64,000 nt of DNA, from positions 35,907 to 99,906 of the IMG/VR virus record IMGVR_UViG_3300015608_004761, one strand, 5' to 3'. Below the pieces are notes generated by a model. That model saw nothing but the letters and a program-made list of their open reading frames with translations. It was not told the origin of the DNA and did no database searches. The DNA comes from a virus (Duplodnaviria > Caudoviricetes). This document shows positions 57,856-64,000 of the stretch, in pieces. The position numbers and the translations under genes are program-made. How positions within the stretch are numbered: the stretch's first letter is position 1; each line of letters opens with the position of its first letter.

Positions 57856-58328
57856 CTGATCGCAACGGCCTCGATCTCGTCCCAGGTCACGTAGTCGGTG
57901 CGCACCTCCATGTCGACGTGCTTGGGGTAGCACATCCACATCACGCCCGACTCCGAGACGATGCACTGGTCGCACTCGGTGCGCGCGGGCTCGAAGGTGA
58001 ACTGCACGTGCATGGGGATCCGCGTGGGTCGATCGTGCGGGAGGTACGTGAGGTCCAACTGCCGCGCGATCTGCTCGGCGACATCCTCCTTCTCGACCGG
58101 CTCGGCGCCCTCCTCGGGCTCACTGTCCTCCCCGTCCCCGACCCAGTCAGGTGTCGCATCCCAGTAGTAGTGCTCCAGGGTGTCGTGGTCCTCCTCCTGG
58201 GCCACCTCGAAACGCTTCTTGCGCGAGAGGAGCTTGTTGGCGTGGTTGGGGGTGATCTCGACGATGGCGGCCGAGAGAGGGTTGAAGTCCCCGCCGTGGG
58301 CGGGGAGGTAGAAGCGGGTTCGGTTCAT
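57852..58328 (-). CDS. Hypothetical protein
   Basis: GAGG RBS. Confidence 0.65.
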   Translation of the reverse strand: MNRTRFYLPAHGGDFNPLSAAIVEITPNHANKLLSRKKRFEVAQEEDHDTLEHYYWDATPDWVGDGEDSEPEEGAEPVEKEDVAEQIARQLDLTYLPHDRPTRIPMHVQFTFEPARTECDQCIVSESGVMWMCYPKHVDMEVRTDYVTWDEIEAVAIS

Positions 58329-58338
58329 GGCTGTGTCC

Positions 58339-58947
58339 TCAGATGACGCTGACCCAGTAGCGGTCGAGGCGCGCCTTCACGACGGCTTCTTGGAACTGCT
58401 TGCGGTCGCACGTGAGCTCCGTGAGCGTCGTCGCGAGCGGGTAGGACCACACGAGACCGACCTGCCGGATCATCCGGCCGTGGTCGGGGCCGTAGATGTC
58501 GCTCCCCTCGATCTTCTTCCCGGTCTTCGGGTCGACCTTGTAGCTGTGGGCGTTCTCCTTGTGGACGTACTCCCACTCCACGCGTGCGTCGAACTTGACG
58601 CCCAGCTCGTAGACCTCGTTCCAGATCTCGTGCCGGGAGTTGCGGCCGATGAACTCGGTCGTGAGGGTGAGCTCGGAGACGGGCACACCGCTGCAAGACT
58701 CGCGGATGCGGCCCTGCACCCGGAAGAAGCTGTCGGTGACCTTGTTCACTCGCTTCCAGGCCCTCGTGACCTTTCGCTCGTCGTCGGTGAGCTTCTCCTT
58801 CTCCTCCAGGTCGAAGTAGCGCTCCCAGTCCTTCTCGGTGGGATCGCCCTTCAGCTTGAGCTTCTCCTTCACCTCCCCGACCCAGGGGAATCCGGTGCCC
58901 CGGGACGTCTCGCCCAGGTTGTTGATCCAAAACACATCAGATCGCAA
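58339..58947 (-). CDS. Hypothetical protein
   Basis: ORF in a minus-strand run. Confidence 0.6.
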   Translation of the reverse strand: MRSDVFWINNLGETSRGTGFPWVGEVKEKLKLKGDPTEKDWERYFDLEEKEKLTDDERKVTRAWKRVNKVTDSFFRVQGRIRESCSGVPVSELTLTTEFIGRNSRHEIWNEVYELGVKFDARVEWEYVHKENAHSYKVDPKTGKKIEGSDIYGPDHGRMIRQVGLVWSYPLATTLTELTCDRKQFQEAVVKARLDRYWVSVI

Positions 58948-58950
58948 GGG

Positions 58951-59478
58951 TCACTGTCCTTCCTGGAGCCGAATCTGCTCCTCCATGAGTTCCGCCATCC
59001 GCCCGCGCCGGTTCTCGATCTCCTGCCGAAGCTGTTCGATCTCCTGCTCGATCTCCCGCGCGCGGTTGCCCGGGGACCCGGCCGGAGCCGGCGGGGCCGC
59101 CTTGGCCGCCTCGGCCGCCTCGGCCTCGGCGGCCATCTCGCGCGCCCGGAGGACCGCCTCGCGGCCAGTCGGGAACTGAACCATGCGCACCACCGTGTCG
59201 CTCACGAAGGTGGTGACGCCGTACCACCGCTTGGCGGTCCTCTTGCCCCCGCCCGAGGTGTAGTCGGCGCCGAACTCGATGGCGTCGTGCAGCGTGAGTC
59301 GGTCGATGAGGTAGTAGTACTCCCCCTTGGCGGTCGGGAAGAACGCCCGCTTCAGGCCCCCGGGCGCGGAGGGGTCGATGTCGATGCTCGCCATCCAGTT
59401 CTTGCCACGGGTGTGGGATTCGTAGATCGGCACGTCCGTCAGCGCACCCGTCTCGATCGTAAACTCCTGTTCGTTCAT
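58951..59478 (-). CDS. Hypothetical protein with a C-terminal coiled coil
   Basis: Start MNEQEF after AGGGAAG. Confidence 0.65.
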   Translation of the reverse strand: MNEQEFTIETGALTDVPIYESHTRGKNWMASIDIDPSAPGGLKRAFFPTAKGEYYYLIDRLTLHDAIEFGADYTSGGGKRTAKRWYGVTTFVSDTVVRMVQFPTGREAVLRAREMAAEAEAAEAAKAAPPAPAGSPGNRAREIEQEIEQLRQEIENRRGRMAELMEEQIRLQEGQ

Positions 59479-59504
59479 GGTCACTTCCCTTTCGTAGGTG
59501 TCGA

Positions 59505-59837
59505 TTATTCGACCGTCGGCTCGATGAAGGTCTGCTCGCACCGCGAGCACTCGTACTCCTCGCCCGGCATGAGCGGGGTCTGGTTGTTGGCGTCCTCGGC
59601 GTCCGTGAGGCAGTTGAAGCACACGTAAGCGCCTCCCACGACGAACCCGGTCCCTTCCTCGAAGTCCCCGGGCTCGTCGTCCTCGGCGTCGTCCGGCAGC
59701 TCCGTGATGAGGGCGTCCACGTCCTGGAGGCCCCACTGGGCGAGGTAAGTCCGCGCCTCTTCGCGCGTGTCGAAGTGCTCGGGCTCGTGGAATCGGCCCG
59801 GGGTCTCGGGGTTGGGCAGGTCGACGGCGAACTTCAT
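59505..59837 (-). CDS. Hypothetical zinc-finger protein
   Basis: CFNC..CSRC; ATGA coupling. Confidence 0.6.
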   Translation of the reverse strand: MKFAVDLPNPETPGRFHEPEHFDTREEARTYLAQWGLQDVDALITELPDDAEDDEPGDFEEGTGFVVGGAYVCFNCLTDAEDANNQTPLMPGEEYECSRCEQTFIEPTVE

Positions 59838-60388
59838 GACGCCTCCGGGTCGATGACCATGACAGGTTGAACGTAGTCCTGCTCGCACAGGTCGCAGCGA
59901 TACGCCGTACCGGCCATGAAGGGCGTACCCGCCTCCAGGTTGTCCTTCTCCATGTCGAAGCAGGTCATACACACCGGCATGTCACCCAAGTCCATCCCGG
60001 GCCTCTCGGGGTACTTCGGGTGGTCGACGTGCGACTCCTCGGCGTTGCCGTCGTCCTCGGGCGGGTCCTCGTCCTCCGGTGGGTCCGAGTCCTCCGGGGG
60101 ATCGGCGTCCTCTCCGGGGTCCGAGTCCTCGCCGGGGTCCGCGTCCTCGTTCACCTCGGGCTCGCGGTCCGCCTCGAAGTCCCCCTTCACGTCCATGTAC
60201 TCCAGGGCCTTGTGCACCTCGTCGTGGCCCGTGAAGTGCCCGCCCTCGATCACGGTGACGGCTCCGGCGTGGTCGCCCCGGATCACGCCCTCGATCACGC
60301 TCATCAACGGCGTGTCGTCGCTGAACTTCTCGCGCGAGAGGACCTCCACGATCCACACGGTCTTGTACGCGCGGTCATCCATGGTCAT
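59834..60388 (-). CDS. Two-domain hypothetical protein with an acidic hexapeptide linker and a zinc finger
   Basis: (EDxDP[GP])x5; CMTC..CDLC. Confidence 0.65.
   Translation of the reverse strand: MTMDDRAYKTVWIVEVLSREKFSDDTPLMSVIEGVIRGDHAGAVTVIEGGHFTGHDEVHKALEYMDVKGDFEADREPEVNEDADPGEDSDPGEDADPPEDSDPPEDEDPPEDDGNAEESHVDHPKYPERPGMDLGDMPVCMTCFDMEKDNLEAGTPFMAGTAYRCDLCEQDYVQPVMVIDPEAS
60053..60148 (-). repeat. Degenerate 18-bp coding tandem repeat, 5 units
   Basis: EDADPG EDSDPG EDADPP EDSDPP EDEDPP. Confidence 0.8.
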
Positions 60389-60626
60389 CGGAGTCCTCCG
60401 GGTCCTCGTCCCCGAAAAAGGAACCGTCGTTGTTGACGGCGATGAGAGCCGCTTGAATCGCCGCCTTGCCACGGAGGACCTCTTCATTGGTCTGCTCGAC
60501 GAGTCCGATGCAGTCACCGTCGGTCATGTCCTCCAGAAGCTCGTTCAACGGTTGGTCACCCAGGGGGTCTTCTGAAAGAATGGTCACCGTGTAAGTGGTC
60601 CTGAAGATCTTGTTAGGTCGGTCCAT
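60375..60626 (-). CDS. Hypothetical protein, paralogous to the N-domain of the next gene
   Basis: AAGGAGG RBS. Confidence 0.65.
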   Translation of the reverse strand: MDRPNKIFRTTYTVTILSEDPLGDQPLNELLEDMTDGDCIGLVEQTNEEVLRGKAAIQAALIAVNNDGSFFGDEDPEDSDDHG

Positions 60627-60687
60627 ATCGCCTCCTTCAGCCCCACGAACGGGGCACCGTGGACTTCTACCCGCTTATCCTTGAGAT

Positions 60688-61068
60688 ATGGCCCTCTCGA
60701 TCAGCTTCGACGGAACGCTCCTGCTCCAGCTCACCGAGGAGGCCCGGCCCACGCCCGTCCCGGTGAAGTACCAGCTCACGTACACGAAGAAGGTGATGTG
60801 GGACTTCTCCAACACCACCACCGTGACGAACCTCGCGGTGCCGCAGGCGGGCGTCGTGCACCCGCGCTTCATCCTGGTGTTCATCCGCGAGGGGGAGATC
60901 GACCTCTCCTGGGAGAGCGACGGCGACGGCGCGACCACCGTGGGCGCCAACCCCCAGGGCGGGGACGTGCCAGTGATGATCCTCTTCCGACAGCCGCCCG
61001 ACGCCTCGACCCAGCTCTACCTGTCGAGCACGGGCGTGGCGCGCGGCGCGATCTGGCTCTTCGAGTAA
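60688..61068 (+). CDS. Hypothetical beta-rich protein
   Basis: High GC3; TATCCT 6 nt upstream. Confidence 0.6.
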   Translation: MALSISFDGTLLLQLTEEARPTPVPVKYQLTYTKKVMWDFSNTTTVTNLAVPQAGVVHPRFILVFIREGEIDLSWESDGDGATTVGANPQGGDVPVMILFRQPPDASTQLYLSSTGVARGAIWLFE

Positions 61069-61072
61069 CCCC

Positions 61073-61243
61073 TCAGTCCCTCTTCGCCCCGATCTTGTTG
61101 TTCACCTGGATCAGGAACGCGAGCGGGTCGCTCTTCAGGTAGTCCTCGCACGGCGGTAGCGAGTGCAGGATCGACAGGTCCTGCACCATGAACCGCCCCT
61201 CGCAGAAGGGGCAGTTGAACTCCTGCTCCGTCTCGTCGCTCAT
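61073..61243 (-). CDS. Small CxxC protein
   Basis: GAGGAG RBS; CPFC. Confidence 0.5.
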   Translation of the reverse strand: MSDETEQEFNCPFCEGRFMVQDLSILHSLPPCEDYLKSDPLAFLIQVNNKIGAKRD

Positions 61244-61677
61244 CGAAACTGCGGCTCCTCGGTGCGCACCCGGGGGTAGGTCTCGCACGGCTTGGGCTCG
61301 GCGCACAGGCCGCTCACCACATCGACGATGCCGCCCGTCGCCGGGATCGAGAGGCCGTCGAAGATGTCCTTGATGCCCTCGAAGCGCAGGCAGAACGGCT
61401 GGAAGCCCTCCTTGTTGGCTTCGCCGTTGAAGACGAGCAGGAAGGCGAGGTCGGTCTCGTAGCCCGTCGGGACGCGCGAGAGGATCTTCTCCTTGAAGCG
61501 CAGGCAGCCCTCGGCCAGGGGGCGCTGGGCGGTCCAGCGGTAGGTCTTGATCGCGTGGTCCCAGGAGTAGGCGAAGCCCGTCTTGGCCAGGGGGACGTAC
61601 TTGTCGGGGGTCTCGTGGCGGGGGCCGACGTACAGGACCGTGAGGTCGGCCGGGGTGAGGTAGATCTTGTCGTCCAT
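61240..61677 (-). CDS. Hypothetical protein
   Basis: Start MDDKIYL; ATGA coupling. Confidence 0.55.
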   Translation of the reverse strand: MDDKIYLTPADLTVLYVGPRHETPDKYVPLAKTGFAYSWDHAIKTYRWTAQRPLAEGCLRFKEKILSRVPTGYETDLAFLLVFNGEANKEGFQPFCLRFEGIKDIFDGLSIPATGGIVDVVSGLCAEPKPCETYPRVRTEEPQFR

Positions 61678-61772
61678 GAAGGCCACCCTACGCCGATCAT
61701 CCGTACCGGCCAAGGTGCGGGCCAAACAAGCAGAACGCTTGCCACCCCGTCGATCGACGGGGTGTGAGTCAC

Positions 61773-62072
61773 TCAGGGTTCCCAACAGTCACTGCACGTC
61801 GAGAAACGAAGCACCCATAGGAGCCCGTTCGTGAGCATCCCCGGTTCAACCTCGTTGTCGTTGTGCTCCTGCGGCTCGTCGTAACGGACCTTGTCGGTCG
61901 CTTGCAGCCGACCGACGTAGGTGTCCCTCGGACCGCCGCACTTGTCGCAGACGATCTCGACGTTGACCCGCTCAACCGGGGCCGGGACGGTGGTGTCGGA
62001 TGTAGTCGTCAGTTCCATAGGTTCCTCCACATCCTTATATCCGCCCAGGGAGGGCGGTTTAGGAGGGGTCAC
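61773..62072 (-). CDS. Hypothetical CxxC..CxxC protein
   Basis: CDKC..CSDC. Confidence 0.5.
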   Translation of the reverse strand: MTPPKPPSLGGYKDVEEPMELTTTSDTTVPAPVERVNVEIVCDKCGGPRDTYVGRLQATDKVRYDEPQEHNDNEVEPGMLTNGLLWVLRFSTCSDCWEP

Positions 62073-62695
62073 CCGTGGTGGTGCCTGCGGTGGTGCCTGC
62101 GGTGGTGATGGCTCGGGGGAGGCTCCTCCTGACCCCCGCCCATGGCGTAGGAGGCCATCATCGGCTGGGTGAAGTGCATGGCCGGGTAGGCGATCCGCTG
62201 GCGGGCGGCGTCCAGCGCCTCCTGCTGCGCGCGCGAAGCCTCGAAGGCGTCGAAAGCCGCCCCGAGGCTCGGAAGGTACTGGTTGACGAAAGCGGCGGCG
62301 GCACCCTTCAGGAACCGAGCAGCCGTCTTCTCGGCCTGCTCGCGGTCCTGTCGTTCCTTCTTGCGCTTGTAGGCGTCACGGGCTTCGCGGTTGCGCTGGG
62401 ACGCGCTCGGGGTGAGCATCCCCTTGTGCTGCCAGATGGCCTTGATCCCGATGAACGGGTCGAAGGCCACCTTCTCGGCCTGGGGCGCCGGGATGCCCAG
62501 GCGCTCATACAGCTCCTCGTGCGTCCAGGGCCGGTTCTGTGCGTGGGGCCACGCGTACGAGATCACGTCGCGCGCCACGTCCGGGTTTACGGCGTACGCC
62601 CGCCGGAGCACGGCCAGACGGCCCTGGATGTGCTCGTACGGCTGGATCTTGTCGGCGAGCGAGAACTCGCCGACCCCGAGGTCGAGCGGCGTCAC
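62069..62695 (-). CDS. KxA-motif protein with a His/Arg-rich C-terminus
   Basis: EKVAF, EKTAA, HHHRRHHRRHHHG. Confidence 0.6.
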   Translation of the reverse strand: MTPLDLGVGEFSLADKIQPYEHIQGRLAVLRRAYAVNPDVARDVISYAWPHAQNRPWTHEELYERLGIPAPQAEKVAFDPFIGIKAIWQHKGMLTPSASQRNREARDAYKRKKERQDREQAEKTAARFLKGAAAAFVNQYLPSLGAAFDAFEASRAQQEALDAARQRIAYPAMHFTQPMMASYAMGGGQEEPPPSHHHRRHHRRHHHG

Positions 62696-63453
62696 ACACG
62701 CCCCCGGTCGAGCGAGGAGGAGTAGGCGCCCATGTGCTGGCGGGCGCGCATCGCTTCGAGGTCCCCGGCGTTCGGCGTGTTCGGGTTGTCGGCCTGCCCC
62801 TTCTGCGCGGCGTACTGCTGGAGGCGCCAGTTGTCGAGCCAGTCCCCGTAGCCTTGCGCGGCGCGCGTGCCGAGGTAGGCGCCGCCCGCGAAGCGACTCA
62901 CGGGGTTCATGACGGCGTGGTAGGCCGTCTGCCCGAACGCCTTCAGGGGGGCCTTGGAGTCCTGGGGGATCGCGTGGATGCGCGAGAGGAGTTCGTCGGG
63001 GATCTCGTGCCCCACGGCTTCATACCTCGCGGCGGTGTCCAGCATGGACTTGCGGAGCTTCTGCTGCTCCATGTCGTGGTAGGCCGTGGGGAAGGGTCCG
63101 TTCGTCACGGCCTCGACGGCCCCCGGGGCGACCTTCTTGAAAAGCCGCCCCGCTCCGTAGCCCGTGAGGCCGCCCACCGCGCCGCCGATCGCCGCGTCGC
63201 GCGCGGCGCGCATCATGTGGTGCTCGACGGACTGCGTGGAGTCGTCGCTGCGGAAGCCGTGCACGGCGCCGACGCCCATGCCGATGCCTGCCCCCAGGGC
63301 GCTCAGGGCGCGCGGGGAGAGGGCTAGCTTCTCGTGCGCCTTCTTCGAGAGGCCCTGAACCTTCGACATGAGGATCTCGCCCGTCAGGCGCTTGTCGATG
63401 TCGGCGATCTTGTCGAGACCGTAGCGCGCGAGCGCCGCCTGCTTGGGAGTCAT
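62692..63453 (-). CDS. Putative internal virion protein with RYGLDKIA leader and glycine zippers
   Basis: MTPKQAALARYGLDKIA; GAGIGMGVG; GGAVGGLTG. Confidence 0.65.
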   Translation of the reverse strand: MTPKQAALARYGLDKIADIDKRLTGEILMSKVQGLSKKAHEKLALSPRALSALGAGIGMGVGAVHGFRSDDSTQSVEHHMMRAARDAAIGGAVGGLTGYGAGRLFKKVAPGAVEAVTNGPFPTAYHDMEQQKLRKSMLDTAARYEAVGHEIPDELLSRIHAIPQDSKAPLKAFGQTAYHAVMNPVSRFAGGAYLGTRAAQGYGDWLDNWRLQQYAAQKGQADNPNTPNAGDLEAMRARQHMGAYSSSLDRGRV

Positions 63454-64000
63454 CTCGGCCTCCGGGGCCTGGGGCTGGAAGTGATCGTAGAGGGCCTTGC
63501 CACCACGGTAGGCCGTGAGAGCGGCCGGGTCCAGACTCCCGTACTCGACCAGCTTCTTGACCGGCCGTAGGAGGAGCGAGGCGTTGTCGGCGCTCGAACG
63601 GAGCGGGTGCCGCCGTAGAGGCCCTTGAGCGCCCCGACCGTGCCCATCACCCCGTGCTCGGCGAGCGACGCGCCGATCTTGTCGAGACCGTAGCGCGCGA
63701 GCGCCGCCTGCTTGGGAGTCATCTCGGCCTCCGGGGCCTGGGGCTGGAAGTGATCGTAGAGGGCCTTGCCACCACGGTAGGTGCCGTATCCGAGGCCCGC
63801 CGTACCGGCCATGCTTCCCGCGTGCGCCGCGAGGATGGCCGTGCGAGCGGCCGGGTCCAGACCCCCGTACTCGACCAGCTTCTTGACCGGCCGTAGGAGG
63901 AGCGAGGCGTTGTCGGCGCTCGAACGGAGCGGGTGCCGCACGCCGCCGTAGAGGCCCTTGAGCGCCCCGACCGTGCCCATCACCCCGTGCTCGGCGAGCG
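63405..64000 (-). repeat. Degenerate tandem duplication: 269-bp copy (63405-63673) and an intact copy of about 333 bp running off the window
   Basis: Near-identical; the inner copy lacks 57 bp and 7 bp and has 2 substitutions. Confidence 0.9.
63450..64000 (-). pseudogene. 5'-truncated Gly-rich virion protein, frameshifted within the duplicated copy
   Basis: Peptide repeat reads in frame until the 7-bp deletion near 63610. Confidence 0.5.

Larger units (their letters stand above)
21314..60681 (+). promoter_or_regulatory. Recurrent -10-like TANNNT box upstream of plus-strand genes
   Basis: Hexamer starts: 21314, 29400, 30218, 32172, 35459, 38895, 40698, 42072, 42625, 43596, 45487, 49460, 50293, 51675, 56805, 57646, 60676. 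Confidence 0.6.
973..62596. repeat. Dispersed palindrome TACGNCGTA (consensus RTACGNCGTAY), 28 copies
   Basis: 9-mer starts: 973, 2260, 5711, 7488, 11325, 11425, 14552, 16504, 17031, 18761, 21412, 23458, 27011, 29447, 32645, 32832, 36706, 37878, 40635, 41536, 44117, 46534, 48125, 50272, 53930, 56798, 59901, 62588. Confidence 0.9.
1..64000. mobile_element. Segment of a large myovirus-type bacteriophage genome encoding its own multisubunit RNA polymerase
   Basis: Terminase, portal, protease, capsid, sheath, tube, spike, phage-type polymerase and primase, and endolysin; dense overlapping genes; no host housekeeping genes. Confidence 0.95.

Noticed and set aside
60053-60148. CRISPR-like or regulatory repeat
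   Set aside because: No spacers; it is an in-frame coding low-complexity repeat
973-62596. Palindrome as a by-product of Tyr-x-Val coding
   Set aside because: It needs the rare GTA codon, occurs in other frames and intergenically, and has constrained flanks
1-64000. tRNA/rRNA genes, integrase/att sites, stop-codon reassignment
   Set aside because: None recognisable; intergenic gaps are very short and standard-code ORFs are intact

Overview
The whole window is a segment of a large, GC-rich (about 70% by eye) contractile-tailed (myovirus-type) dsDNA phage. I see no host housekeeping genes, integrase, tRNA or CRISPR array. Layout: terminase (2.4-4.0 kb); a mainly minus-strand replication block (DEDD exonuclease, UDG-like/family A DNA polymerase, primase-helicase, PD-(D/E)XK nuclease, ParB-like protein, SNF2 helicase) containing one plus-strand sigma70-family gene; portal; a phage multisubunit RNA polymerase re-split as a beta+beta'N fusion (with a LAGLIDADG intein) plus a separate beta'C gene; a long run of unannotatable head-associated proteins; prohead protease, capsid, neck, sheath, tube and spike genes; an M15 endolysin; small accessory genes; and a degenerate tandem duplication at the right edge. 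Three patterns are not explained by the gene list. (1) A palindrome RTACGNCGTAY occurs 28 times (manual count), about every 2.3 kb and in all reading frames, in a genome that encodes a ParB/KorB-like protein. (2) A K-x-A peptide motif punctuates head-region proteins and the RNA polymerase, suggesting protease-processed virion polyproteins. (3) A -10-like TANNNT box precedes most plus-strand late genes, often overlapping the upstream TAA stop and often exactly 6 nt before the start codon. All annotations come from motif recognition by eye; no database searches were run.
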